In this document: positions 54,899 to 64,000 of the stretch, piece by piece
Position numbering within the stretch: the first letter of the stretch is position 1
How the letters are laid out: every line of letters begins with the position of its first letter
NCBI GenBank assembly: GCA_964513845.1
Contig: CAZENT010000001.1
Location: 42,450-106,449, forward strand
DNA: 64,000 bases
Direction: 5' to 3'
Source of the DNA: an uncultured Pseudomonadales bacterium
Lineage (GTDB): Bacteria > Patescibacteriota > Microgenomatia > UBA1400 > MFAQ01
Made by a program: the position numbers and the translations under genes
The notes under the pieces: generated by a model
Database searches by the model: none
What the model saw: only the letters and a program-made list of their open reading frames with translations
Told to the model about the DNA's origin: nothing

Positions 54899-57022
54899 TT
54901 ATTGTGCCGGATTTTTCAATAACTTTGCGGCAATACTGTTTGGAAGTTCCTGATAATGACTTGGTTCCATGTAGTAACTTGCACGTCCAGCAGTGAGTGA
55001 ACGGATAGCTGTAGCATAAGCGGAGAGCTCGGAAAGTGGAACTGTAGCTGTAATAACACGAGCATTTCCACGCTGAGCAGTGCCACCAATTTGTGCGCGT
55101 CTGGCAGAAAGATCGCCGATGATGTCACCCATGTTACCTTCTGGGGTGGTGACTTCGACTTTCATAATTGGCTCGAGAATAACAGCTCCGGCTTGCTTGA
55201 CAGCGTCCTGAAGAGCCATTGATCCGGCAATTTTGAAGGACATTTCGGAAGAGTCAACTTCGTGAAAACTACCATCAACGACGGCAACATCAAGGTCGAC
55301 CATGGGGAAACCGGCTATAAGACCGTTGTCGAGAGCTTCACGAACACCTTTTTCGATAGGATTAATGAATTCGCGTGGGATGGTACCTCCAACAATTTTG
55401 TTGGTGAAAGTAAAGCCTTCACCGCGAGGTTTAGGTGTAATAACGAGAATGGCGTGTCCGTATTGACCACGTCCACCTGATTGACGAATATATTTTCCTT
55501 CTCCGCGGGCTTCTTTGGTGATGGTTTCGCGATAGGCAACTTGAGGAGCACCTGTGGTTGCATCGACTTTGAACTCACGACGAAGACGGTCAACGAGAAT
55601 TTCCAAGTGAAGCTCTCCCATACCAGCGATAACGGTTTGGCCGGTTTCGTGGTTGGTTTTGATTTTAAAGGTAGGATCTTCTTCAGCGAGACGGCCTAGA
55701 GCGATATCAAGCTTTTCTTGATCAGCTTTGGTTTTTGGTTCAATGGCTAGAGAGATAACCGGATCTGGGAAGTCGATTGATTCAAGAACGATGGGTTTGT
55801 TTTCATCACAAAGGGTATCTCCTGTTTTGGTAGCTTTGAGTCCAACAACACCGACAATTTCGCCCGCTTTGGCTTCCTGAATTTCTTCTCTGGTATTGGC
55901 ATGCATAAGCATCAAACGACCAAGACGTTCACGCTCAGACTTACTGGCATTAAAAACGTAGGAACCGGCTTGAATTTTGCCAGAGTAAAGACGAACGTAA
56001 GTGACTTTTCCAACATGAGGATCGGCTTGAATTTTGAAGGCTAGTCCCACAAAAGCTTCGTTGATATCGGGTTTTCTAGTTTCAACTTCGCCAGTTTTGA
56101 GATTGGTTCCGGCAGTGTCGGCAATGTCTAAGGGAGAAGGAAGGAAGTCGACGACAGCATCGAGAAGAGGCTGAACACCTTTGTTGCGAAGACAAGAGCC
56201 AGGGAAAACAGGAACGATTTCATTAGCAATGGTGGCTTTTCTGAGAGCGGTTTTGAGATCAGACATGGATGGTTCTTCACCGTTCAAATATTTTTCCATG
56301 AGGGCCTCGTCTGTTTCGACAATTGATTCGATCAGTTTGCCTCTTTCGCTTTCGCAATCAGCTTCCATATCGGCAGGAAAACCGGCGGTAATATCGTATT
56401 TGGCACCGGTTTCATCACCTTGCCAAATAATGGTTTTTTTCTCGAGGAGCATGGCAATTCCCTTGAAAGTATTTTCGACTCCAATGGGAAGAGCTAGAAT
56501 AGCGGTTTTAGCACCGAGTTTTTCATGAACATCTTTGATTGTTCCCATAAAGTCTGCACCAAGAACGTCCATTTTATTTACCAAGGCAATACGAGGAACT
56601 TTGTATTTGTCAGCTTGGCGCCAGACAGTTTCGGTTTGGGACTGAACGCCGGAACCGGCATCAAGAACAATAATACCGCCGTCGAGAACGCGAAGAGAGC
56701 GTTCGACTTCGGCCGTAAAGTCTACGTGACCGGGAGTATCGATAACATTAAAACGACATTCGTCTTTGATGTTGGCATCTTCGAGAACTGGGGTCCAAAA
56801 AGTGGTGGTAGCCGCGGAAACAATAGTTATACCGCGTTCGCGCTCTTGATCCATCCAGTCCATCTGGGTGTCGCCTTCATCAATATCACCGATTTTATAA
56901 GTTTTACCGGTGTAAAAAAGGATACGTTCGGTGGTGGTGGTTTTACCGGCATCAATATGAGCGATAATGCCAATGTTTCTAACACGTTCTAGTGGTATTT
57001 GTTTTGAGACGCCTGCGGCCAT
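54899..57022 (-). CDS. fusA: Elongation factor G
   Basis: AHIDAGKTTTTE, DTPGHVDF and NKMD motifs. 707 aa. Confidence 0.95.
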   Translation of the reverse strand: MAAGVSKQIPLERVRNIGIIAHIDAGKTTTTERILFYTGKTYKIGDIDEGDTQMDWMDQERERGITIVSAATTTFWTPVLEDANIKDECRFNVIDTPGHVDFTAEVERSLRVLDGGIIVLDAGSGVQSQTETVWRQADKYKVPRIALVNKMDVLGADFMGTIKDVHEKLGAKTAILALPIGVENTFKGIAMLLEKKTIIWQGDETGAKYDITAGFPADMEADCESERGKLIESIVETDEALMEKYLNGEEPSMSDLKTALRKATIANEIVPVFPGSCLRNKGVQPLLDAVVDFLPSPLDIADTAGTNLKTGEVETRKPDINEAFVGLAFKIQADPHVGKVTYVRLYSGKIQAGSYVFNASKSERERLGRLMLMHANTREEIQEAKAGEIVGVVGLKATKTGDTLCDENKPIVLESIDFPDPVISLAIEPKTKADQEKLDIALGRLAEEDPTFKIKTNHETGQTVIAGMGELHLEILVDRLRREFKVDATTGAPQVAYRETITKEARGEGKYIRQSGGRGQYGHAILVITPKPRGEGFTFTNKIVGGTIPREFINPIEKGVREALDNGLIAGFPMVDLDVAVVDGSFHEVDSSEMSFKIAGSMALQDAVKQAGAVILEPIMKVEVTTPEGNMGDIIGDLSARRAQIGGTAQRGNARVITATVPLSELSAYATAIRSLTAGRASYYMEPSHYQELPNSIAAKLLKNPAQ

Positions 57023-57044
57023 ACTGGTTGTATTTAGTTATTTA

Positions 57045-57073
57045 TATAGTTTCCCGCTTTCGCGGGAATGACA
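57045..57073 (+). repeat. Short palindromic repeat element, family A, copy 5 (helicase-fusA intergenic)
   Basis: TATAGTTTCCCGCTTTCGCGGGAATGACA. Confidence 0.8.
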
Positions 57074-57146
57074 TCATTTAATTGACGAAATAAATTAGTC
57101 CACAAAGGACCATAATTTCACGAGCTTAATTTTACCACAACTCTTA

Positions 57147-59210
57147 TTATGGGTGGGTGTGGTGTCGGTGATTGCGACGGTCGTTTTTGTTAAGATTTTT
57201 TCGATGTTCTTTGTGATCTTTTGGTTTCGCTGCAAAAAGCTCTGGAGCATATTCTTTGAGCCACTCGATTTTAGCCTCAAAACAGTTACAGGCGTAGGCA
57301 TTTCCTTGAGGATTGACAAAAATTTCATTGGCAATAATGTAAGAACCTTTTGGGGGAATGTCTGAGGCTAGTACGGAGCCAGGATGAATCGAGATATCCC
57401 CTTTGGTGCCATCTACTTTGTGAAAATTATTTCTGCCTGTGTTTTTCAACAAATTGCCAATTAATCCGGAGGTGATAGCCTTGCCAATAGCGGTTTTATT
57501 GATCTTAGGTATTGTTTCCGGATCGATAAAGATATCGTGACTGTCAAGAACATCTAAGAGATCGAGGCGAACATTTTTGGCCTCTTCGAGGGCTTTTTCG
57601 TTGAGAAAATTATTTTTGGCCCAATCTGGGTTGTAGCCGCTGGCCGCATACGCTTTCCAAACATTTAAATAGACGAAAAAATCTGATTCTGCACCCTGAA
57701 CAAACGAAGCATGTGCGTTTTCAGCAACATACTCGAACTCTCTTTCTTGCGGTTTTACAAAGATGTTTTTGCCATCAAGGAAAGAGGCAATGATAGTAAT
57801 TTCATTTAAGCAGTCAATTTCCGGCCTCATGGCCTCAAGAAGCATTCGACCTAGGCGAGGCTCAATCCCCAACTCAACAAGCCACTCCCCAATTTCGGTA
57901 ATGTTTCCTTCGTCATCAATGGCGCCAAGAGTGGTAAGGGTTTTGATGGCTTGAGCGATGGCCTTTTCGCCGGGATGATCTAAGAAATCGAAATCCAATA
58001 TATTCTGAATGCCGAATTTCTTCATGGTCAACACAACTTGGGACAGGTCGGAACGCTGGATTTCCGGAGTTTGGAACTGAGGACGTCTTCTGAGACTGCT
58101 TTCGGTGAAAAGTCGGTAACAGTACCCTGGGGCGGTTCGCCCTGATCTTCCCTTGCGCTGATCGATACCGCTGATGGCGTGTTCGGTAAGGACAAGCTGT
58201 TCGATACCACTTCTGGGATCAAATTGGGTTTGTTTGATGTATCCAGAGTCTATGACGTGAATAATACCGTCGATCGTAATTGAGGTTTCAGCGATATTGG
58301 TAGCAACGATAATTTTTCTTTTTTTGGAGGGCAAGAAAATCTTGTCTTGTTCGTCTGGGGCCATTTCGGCGTGTAATGGGAAAATATCAACTGTTTGAGG
58401 ATTAATTCGGGCTTCGATTTTGGCAATGGTGTTTGATATTTCCTTTTTTCCAGGCATAAAAATGAGAATGTCACCATCAAGATCATTGTCGATAATGGCT
58501 TTGACTTTTTCGGCGGCACCCTGAGTAAAATCGTAGTAAACAGGCGTTTCCTTTTCATAAAAAACCTCTACGGGAAACATTTTCCCCGGTATTTCGACCA
58601 AGTTTTCTTTGTCTCCCTCGCCAATGTACTCGGCAAATCGATTCCTCTCGATGGTGGCTGAGGTAACAACAATGCGAATTGTTTCAATCCCGGCTTGAAT
58701 ACGAGCCTGATTGGCACTCTTTAGAAGTCCCAGACAAAGGTCGATGTTTAAACTTCGCTCGTGGGCTTCATCGATCATAACAATGGAGTACTCGGACAAA
58801 AGAGGGTCAAACTGGATTTTTCTCAGTAAAATGCCGTCCGTCATAAAAGTAATGTCTGTCTTTTTGGAGGTGATGTCTTCGAAACGAATGTGATAACCAA
58901 CCCTTTCCCCCACCTCACACTGCATCATGTCTGAGACACGACTAGTCATGCTTTTGGTGACAATTCTTCTTGGTTGAGTTACAGCGATGCCACCCTTGAG
59001 ATGAAGCTCATTTCTTAGCTCAAGCAAGAGAGGTGGCAAGCAGGATGTTTTTCCAGATCCGGTTTCGCCAACCAGAACAAAGTATGGGTGAAGCCTAATT
59101 TCATCGCGCAAAAACTCTCTCAAATATGCCACAGGAATCTGATCCAGATTTTCTAGAGCATACTCAGAAGAACGATTGTACCGACTGCTTTCAATTGATT
59201 TTGAGGCCAT
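57147..59210 (-). CDS. DEAH-box ATP-dependent RNA helicase (HrpA/HrpB-like) inserted in the str operon
   Basis: Motifs I GETGSGKT, II DEAH, III SAT, V TNIAETSITI and VI QRKGRSGR are present. 687 aa. Confidence 0.8.
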   Translation of the reverse strand: MASKSIESSRYNRSSEYALENLDQIPVAYLREFLRDEIRLHPYFVLVGETGSGKTSCLPPLLLELRNELHLKGGIAVTQPRRIVTKSMTSRVSDMMQCEVGERVGYHIRFEDITSKKTDITFMTDGILLRKIQFDPLLSEYSIVMIDEAHERSLNIDLCLGLLKSANQARIQAGIETIRIVVTSATIERNRFAEYIGEGDKENLVEIPGKMFPVEVFYEKETPVYYDFTQGAAEKVKAIIDNDLDGDILIFMPGKKEISNTIAKIEARINPQTVDIFPLHAEMAPDEQDKIFLPSKKRKIIVATNIAETSITIDGIIHVIDSGYIKQTQFDPRSGIEQLVLTEHAISGIDQRKGRSGRTAPGYCYRLFTESSLRRRPQFQTPEIQRSDLSQVVLTMKKFGIQNILDFDFLDHPGEKAIAQAIKTLTTLGAIDDEGNITEIGEWLVELGIEPRLGRMLLEAMRPEIDCLNEITIIASFLDGKNIFVKPQEREFEYVAENAHASFVQGAESDFFVYLNVWKAYAASGYNPDWAKNNFLNEKALEEAKNVRLDLLDVLDSHDIFIDPETIPKINKTAIGKAITSGLIGNLLKNTGRNNFHKVDGTKGDISIHPGSVLASDIPPKGSYIIANEIFVNPQGNAYACNCFEAKIEWLKEYAPELFAAKPKDHKEHRKNLNKNDRRNHRHHTHP

Positions 59211-59270
59211 TGATAGAGCTAATAATGATGTGCTAGGTTAACACAAGTAAGATAAAGCCACAAGCAACAA

Positions 59271-59296
59271 AAAGACCCGCCAAGGCGAGTCTTTTT
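59271..59296. terminator. Terminator-like hairpin with flanking A- and T-tracts between rpsG and the helicase gene
   Basis: aaa-gacccgc-caag-gcgagtc-ttttt, with one mismatch in the stem. Confidence 0.4.
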
Positions 59297-59343
59297 GAAA
59301 TATTCTATATAGATTATTCCCAATCAAACTGGAAACGACAGGA

Positions 59344-59820
59344 CTACCATCTAAAGTGACTGAAAGCCTTGTTTGCCTCAGCCATTTTGTGAGTATCAAG
59401 CTTTTTCTTGATAGCGGCACCAGCGTTTTCATGAGCCTCAAGAATCTCGGCGGCAATCTTGTCAGCTAGAGTACGAGTTGGGTTGTTGGATCTAGCCTTG
59501 GCGGCGTTTAGTACCCAACGGATAGCGAGAGAGTCACGACGTTCGGGGCGAATGGGAGTTGGAACCTGGTAAGAAGCTCCACCAACACGACGGGAACGAA
59601 CCTCGATGGTTGGTTTGACGTTTTCCATAGCTTCAACAAGATACTCAAGACCATCTCTACCTGTCTGCTCGGCGATGAGGTCGATGGCAGCGTAGATTTG
59701 TTTGGCGGCGATGGATTTTTTACCTTCGATCATGCATCCATTGATGATTTTGGAAACCAACTCACTTCCATAGATTGGATCGAGCTGGATTTTTTTGGCG
59801 TGTGTTTTCTTGGATCTCAT
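59344..59820 (-). CDS. rpsG: 30S ribosomal protein S7
   Basis: S7 signature (PIYGSELVSKIINGCMIEGKKSIAAKQIY...). Confidence 0.9.
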   Translation of the reverse strand: MRSKKTHAKKIQLDPIYGSELVSKIINGCMIEGKKSIAAKQIYAAIDLIAEQTGRDGLEYLVEAMENVKPTIEVRSRRVGGASYQVPTPIRPERRDSLAIRWVLNAAKARSNNPTRTLADKIAAEILEAHENAGAAIKKKLDTHKMAEANKAFSHFRW

Positions 59821-59825
59821 ATATT

Positions 59826-60245
59826 TTATTTAGCTGGTGAAGGTCGTTTGGTGCCGTACTTACTACGACTAGTGCGACGTTTTTCAATACCACCAGTATC
59901 TAATTTGCCACGAACAATGTGATATTTGACACCGGGTAAGTCACGAACACGACCACCGCGGATCATAACGATACTGTGTTCAGCCAAGTTGTGCCCTTCA
60001 CCCATGATGTAGGCAGTAACTTCTTGTTTGTTTGATAGTCTGACACGAGCAATCTTACGAAGAGCGGAGTTTGGTTTCTTAGGAGTCATGGTTTTGACCT
60101 GAAGACAAACACCGGCTTTTTGTGGAGACTGGGTCTCGACCATGTGTCGTTTGATAGAGTTGAAACTCTTACGGAGAGCCGTAGTTTTCACTTTGGTGGC
60201 TGCACTGTGGCGGCCACGTTTGATTAGTTGATTAGTTGTAGGCAT
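59826..60245 (-). CDS. rpsL: 30S ribosomal protein S12
   Basis: [12 protein letters not shown]...[10 protein letters not shown] is the S12 signature. Confidence 0.95.
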   Translation of the reverse strand: MPTTNQLIKRGRHSAATKVKTTALRKSFNSIKRHMVETQSPQKAGVCLQVKTMTPKKPNSALRKIARVRLSNKQEVTAYIMGEGHNLAEHSIVMIRGGRVRDLPGVKYHIVRGKLDTGGIEKRRTSRSKYGTKRPSPAK

Positions 60246-60265
60246 AATTTCAGATGTGTATTTTA

Positions 60266-63200
60266 TCAGATATTCTCTATTTTTGCTCTGAGCTTGCTTG
60301 TAGGTACCAAGCGACCAATGATGACATTTTCTTTCATGCCGATTAGGTGATCGATCTTGCCTTGAACCGCAGCGTCTGTTAGAACGGAAGTGGTGTCTTG
60401 GAAGGAAGCGGCGGATAGCCAGGAATCGGTGTGTAGAGCAGCTCTAATAGCGCCAAGAATTAAGTTGGTAGCTGTGGCTGGTTCTCCACCTTGAGCAATA
60501 ACAGCTTCGTTGGCCATTTCATAAGCTCCACGGCTGATTACATCGCCAGCAACAAGGGCGGTGTCACCAACAGCGTCGATGCGGACATAGTCACACATCT
60601 TGCGGAGGATAACTTCGAAATGCTTGTCATGAATACTGATACCCTGGGACTCGTAGATTGACTGAATTTCGCCGATAAGGTAGTTTTGTGTAGCTCTGAG
60701 ACCTTTGATCTTGAGAAGTTGTTTGATATCTACTCCTCCGGAAGCTAGTTGAGTGCCAACCGAGATCAAATCTCCATCTGCGACCTTGAGAGACATAGCT
60801 AAAGGAATCAAGTACTCTTTGCGATCTTCTTTGGCCTTACTGCCAGGAGTGACGGTAACAAGATTACCATTTTCGGTTTCAACTACTTTGACCTTGCCAG
60901 AAATTTCGGAAATTGGAGCAACAAGTTTGGGCATACGAACTTCCAAAAGCTCTGTAACACGAGGAAGGCCTTGGGTAACGTCAACACCAGCAGCACCTCC
61001 AGAGTGTTTGGTACGCATAGTTAGCTGTGTTCCAGGCTCACCAATGGACTGGGCGGCGATGATGCCAACCGGGTCACCAACGATAGCCAGCTTGTTGGTT
61101 GCGGTGTTGTGCCCATAACATTTGGCACAAAGACCAAATCGGAGCTTACAGGTGATCGGGGATCTGACCTCGACCTCTTTAACTCCAACAGCCTCAATGA
61201 CAGCAGCAAGTTCTTCTGTAATGAGTTCACCAGCATCGACAATTACTTTCTTGGTATCAGGATTGACGATCTTGTGAACGGCGAAACGGTGAACAATACG
61301 TTTGGCGAAGATCTTGCCACCTCTTTCTTCAGCAACGATGGTGATAAATTCATCAGTACCACAGTCTTCAGCACGAACAACAGCGTCGTGACTGACGTCA
61401 ACTAGACGACGAGTTAGGTAACCAGCGTCTGCGGTACGAAGAGCAGTGTCGGTAAGACCTTTTCGGGAACCTCTAATGGAAGTAACATACTCGAAGATAG
61501 AAAGACCTTCACGGAAGTTTCCTTTGATAGGAAGCTCAATGAGATTACCCAGAGGATCAGCGATAAGTCCACGCATGGCGGAGAGCTGTTCGATGGAGTT
61601 CTTGGTAACACGTCCTGAAGCTGAGTCGATAACCAAACGAATTGGGTTGGTCTTGGAGAAAGTGGTCCAGGTCTTTTCGGCGAGGTCGGCAGCTGTTTCT
61701 CTCCACATATTGATGGTGAGTTTGCTTCTTTCACTATTGGTAATTAAACCTAGCCTGTAGTTTTCTTCAATTTCTTCAGCTTTCTTGTTTCCAATGGCAA
61801 TGAGCTCAGCTTTTTGTGGATAGATTTCGTTATCGGAGATGGCGAAACTAAAACTACTGATGGTCGCATACTCAAAACCGATACTCTTGACTGCGTCGAT
61901 CAATTTAACGACACGTTTGGTGTCGACTGTTTTGATAGCGCGAGTAAAGAAAGCAGAGATTTCTTTTCCAGTAAGACTCTTGTTTTGGAATTCCCATTCT
62001 TTAGGAAGAATCTGGTTGAAGATAATACGACCAACCGTGGTCGTGGTCATTTCCATGGTTTCAGGATTGAGACGAACATCAATTGGCTGGCGAACTTCAA
62101 TAACCTTGTTTTGGTAGGCTGTGATAGCCTCAGCGGAACTACCAAAAGGATATTTGTAAGGAGTAAGAGTTTCGTCGATACTGGTTAAGTAGTAAACACC
62201 GACGGCCATCTCTTTACGAGAAGGAATGTTGACACTTTGTCCGGAAGAGGGCTTAAGAAGGTTGAACTGAGGCAACATGAACTTCTTGGCCTCACGAATA
62301 GCTTTTTTGGTCAAAGGAACGTGAACAGCCATCTGGTCACCATCGAAGTCAGCGTTAAAACCTTCACAGACAACAGGGTGAAGACGAATAGCAGAACCAT
62401 CAACTAAAACCGGTAAGAAGGCAAGAATAGAAAGCTTGTGAAGTGTGGGAGCACGGTTTAGAAGGATAGGATGCTTTTTGGTAATTCTTTCCAAGATATC
62501 GAAAACTTCAGGCTGGCGTTTTTCAATTAAAGCTTTGGCCGCTTTAACGTTTGGAGCTAGATCCTGTTTGATGATCTCGTGAAGTACGAATGGTTTGAAC
62601 ATTTCAAGAGCCATGTCTTTGGGAAGACCACACTGGTTAAGTTTGAGCTCTGGGCCAACGATAATAACGGAACGGCCGGAGTAGTCAACGCGTTTTCCAA
62701 GAAGGTTCTGGCGGAAACGACCCTGTTTTCCACGAAGCATGTCGGAAAGAGATTTGAGGGTTTTGCCGGTTCTGGATCTTCTGGTTGATCTAGCTTGAGA
62801 AGAGTCGATTAAAGAATCAACCGCTTCCTGAAGCATGCGTTTTTCGTTTCTTAAAATAATCTCAGGAGCACCGAGATCGATGAGATGCTTTAAACGATTG
62901 TTACGGTTGATGACGCGACGATAAAGATCGTTTAAATCAGATGCAGCGAAACGGCCACCAGAAAGCTGAACCATAGGACGAAGATCTGGAGGGATAACAG
63001 GAAGAACTTCGAGAACCATCCACTCGGGTTTGACCTTGGAATCAAGAAGTCCACGAACGACTTGAAGTCGTTTGGTGGCTCTAAGACGTTTGGCCTCGGA
63101 GTTTGAAAGAGACTCTTCTTTGAGCTTAACAACCAGTTCTTCAAGATTAACTTTCTTTAAGGCGTCAAGAATGGCTTCAGAACCCATACCGGCAGTCAAC

Positions 63201-63976
63201 CAATCTACAAGATTGTATTCGGCCAGTTTGGCGTATTCAGAGTCTGACAAAAGAGAGTTGACTTGAATTCTTTCAATAATAACAGCAAGTTTAGAGTAGA
63301 TTTCTTCGGTAAAAGCAAGCTCGACAACCATCTGCTCTCTAAGACAGGCAATTTTTTGTTTGGCTTCAGTCTTAAGATCGTCGGACTTAAGCTCGACTTC
63401 GTCTTTGGCCTTGGATTTTTTCTTAACTTCAGCAAGTTCTTTCTGACCGGTTTTTTTGACCTCTTCGATTTGAGTATCAAAATTGACACGCACCTCTTCA
63501 AGTTTGGCCTCTTTTTGAAGATTAATATTTTTTAGGGCTTCTTCTCTCTTTTCTTCATCAATAGACATGATGAGGAATTTACTGAAATAGATAACGGAAG
63601 TTAAAGCTTTGGGAGAGATATCGAGAAGCAAGGAAAGCTTTGAGGGCGCACCTTTGAAGAACCAAACATGAGCAACAGGAGCAGCAAGATTGATGTGGCC
63701 CATACGCTCACGACGAACGCGACTGAGGGTAACTTCAACACCACACTTGTCACAGATAATACCCTTGAATCGGACACGTTTGTACTTACCACAGTAACAC
63801 TCCCAGTCTTTGACAGGTCCAAAAATTCTTTCACAAAAAAGGCCATCCTTTTCTGGTTTTTGAGTACGATAGTTGATGGTTTCTGGCTTTGTTACCAAGC
63901 CGTGGGACCATTTTTTTACGTCGTCTGGACTGGCGAGCCTTATTTGTAAACCGGAGAAATCGACAATGTTGTTCAT
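60266..63976 (-). CDS. rpoC: DNA-directed RNA polymerase subunit beta' (complete, 1236 aa)
   Basis: Zinc-binding CxxC...CxxC N-terminus, the NADFDGD catalytic motif, and trigger-loop/bridge-helix regions. Confidence 0.95.
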   Translation of the reverse strand: MNNIVDFSGLQIRLASPDDVKKWSHGLVTKPETINYRTQKPEKDGLFCERIFGPVKDWECYCGKYKRVRFKGIICDKCGVEVTLSRVRRERMGHINLAAPVAHVWFFKGAPSKLSLLLDISPKALTSVIYFSKFLIMSIDEEKREEALKNINLQKEAKLEEVRVNFDTQIEEVKKTGQKELAEVKKKSKAKDEVELKSDDLKTEAKQKIACLREQMVVELAFTEEIYSKLAVIIERIQVNSLLSDSEYAKLAEYNLVDWLTAGMGSEAILDALKKVNLEELVVKLKEESLSNSEAKRLRATKRLQVVRGLLDSKVKPEWMVLEVLPVIPPDLRPMVQLSGGRFAASDLNDLYRRVINRNNRLKHLIDLGAPEIILRNEKRMLQEAVDSLIDSSQARSTRRSRTGKTLKSLSDMLRGKQGRFRQNLLGKRVDYSGRSVIIVGPELKLNQCGLPKDMALEMFKPFVLHEIIKQDLAPNVKAAKALIEKRQPEVFDILERITKKHPILLNRAPTLHKLSILAFLPVLVDGSAIRLHPVVCEGFNADFDGDQMAVHVPLTKKAIREAKKFMLPQFNLLKPSSGQSVNIPSRKEMAVGVYYLTSIDETLTPYKYPFGSSAEAITAYQNKVIEVRQPIDVRLNPETMEMTTTTVGRIIFNQILPKEWEFQNKSLTGKEISAFFTRAIKTVDTKRVVKLIDAVKSIGFEYATISSFSFAISDNEIYPQKAELIAIGNKKAEEIEENYRLGLITNSERSKLTINMWRETAADLAEKTWTTFSKTNPIRLVIDSASGRVTKNSIEQLSAMRGLIADPLGNLIELPIKGNFREGLSIFEYVTSIRGSRKGLTDTALRTADAGYLTRRLVDVSHDAVVRAEDCGTDEFITIVAEERGGKIFAKRIVHRFAVHKIVNPDTKKVIVDAGELITEELAAVIEAVGVKEVEVRSPITCKLRFGLCAKCYGHNTATNKLAIVGDPVGIIAAQSIGEPGTQLTMRTKHSGGAAGVDVTQGLPRVTELLEVRMPKLVAPISEISGKVKVVETENGNLVTVTPGSKAKEDRKEYLIPLAMSLKVADGDLISVGTQLASGGVDIKQLLKIKGLRATQNYLIGEIQSIYESQGISIHDKHFEVILRKMCDYVRIDAVGDTALVAGDVISRGAYEMANEAVIAQGGEPATATNLILGAIRAALHTDSWLSAASFQDTTSVLTDAAVQGKIDHLIGMKENVIIGRLVPTSKLRAKIENI

Positions 63977-64000
63977 ATATTTTACTGTTCTACATCTTCA

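Noticed and set aside
45372-56992. Numerous 60-130-aa ORFs on either strand inside ribosomal-protein, tuf, fusA and rpoC genes (for example 45372-45725, 50984-51373, 53902-54252, 56181-56992, 61414-62188)
   Set aside because: They overlap strongly supported conserved genes, have biased or low-complexity composition and no independent start signals. They are treated as spurious.
14554-57073. Possibility that the recurring short repeats constitute a CRISPR array
   Set aside because: The copies are dispersed over more than 40 kb with irregular spacing, belong to two sequence families, and lie inside or between housekeeping genes. There is no repeat-spacer periodicity and no cas genes in the window.

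Overview
This window looks like a small-genome, CPR/Patescibacteria-like bacterium, gene-dense and mostly transcribed on the minus strand. The 3' half (36.4-64 kb) is an almost complete ribosomal-protein super-operon: rpoC-rpsL-rpsG-[DEAH helicase]-fusA-tuf-S10/spc/alpha operons-secY-adk-map-infA-rpmJ-rpsM-rpsK-rpsD-rpoA-rplQ-rplM-rpsI. It lacks rpmD (L30) and carries several lineage-specific insertions. The 5' half holds housekeeping genes (gltX, rel, cca, secDF, miaA/miaB, hup, rny, recA/recX, UXS-like, CapA-like) and two RNA genes missing from the ORF track: an RNase P RNA (rnpB) and a tRNA-Pro(GGG). Five accessory signals are worth follow-up. First, a head-to-head diverged duplication of a two-gene cassette (large protein with a conserved ~290-aa C-terminal domain plus a ~100-aa partner) sits beside a large kinase-like ORF at 1-5.3 kb. 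Second, two related families of ~30-48-bp palindromic elements (8 copies, all in one orientation, sharing an AGATT...AATGACA frame) are inserted in-frame into miaA (twice), secD and a membrane glycosyltransferase-like gene. Third, a terminator-flanked two-gene module is inserted between rplO and secY. Fourth, an AT-rich islet (zinc-ribbon protein plus HExxH protein) abuts the tRNA-Pro, with a partial tRNA 5'-end duplicate. Fifth, there are zinc-ribbon novelties: a triple topoisomerase-like ribbon protein, a ribbon inserted into the CCA-enzyme HD domain, and a C-terminal ribbon on L24. All functional calls rest on motif recognition by eye; no database search was possible.
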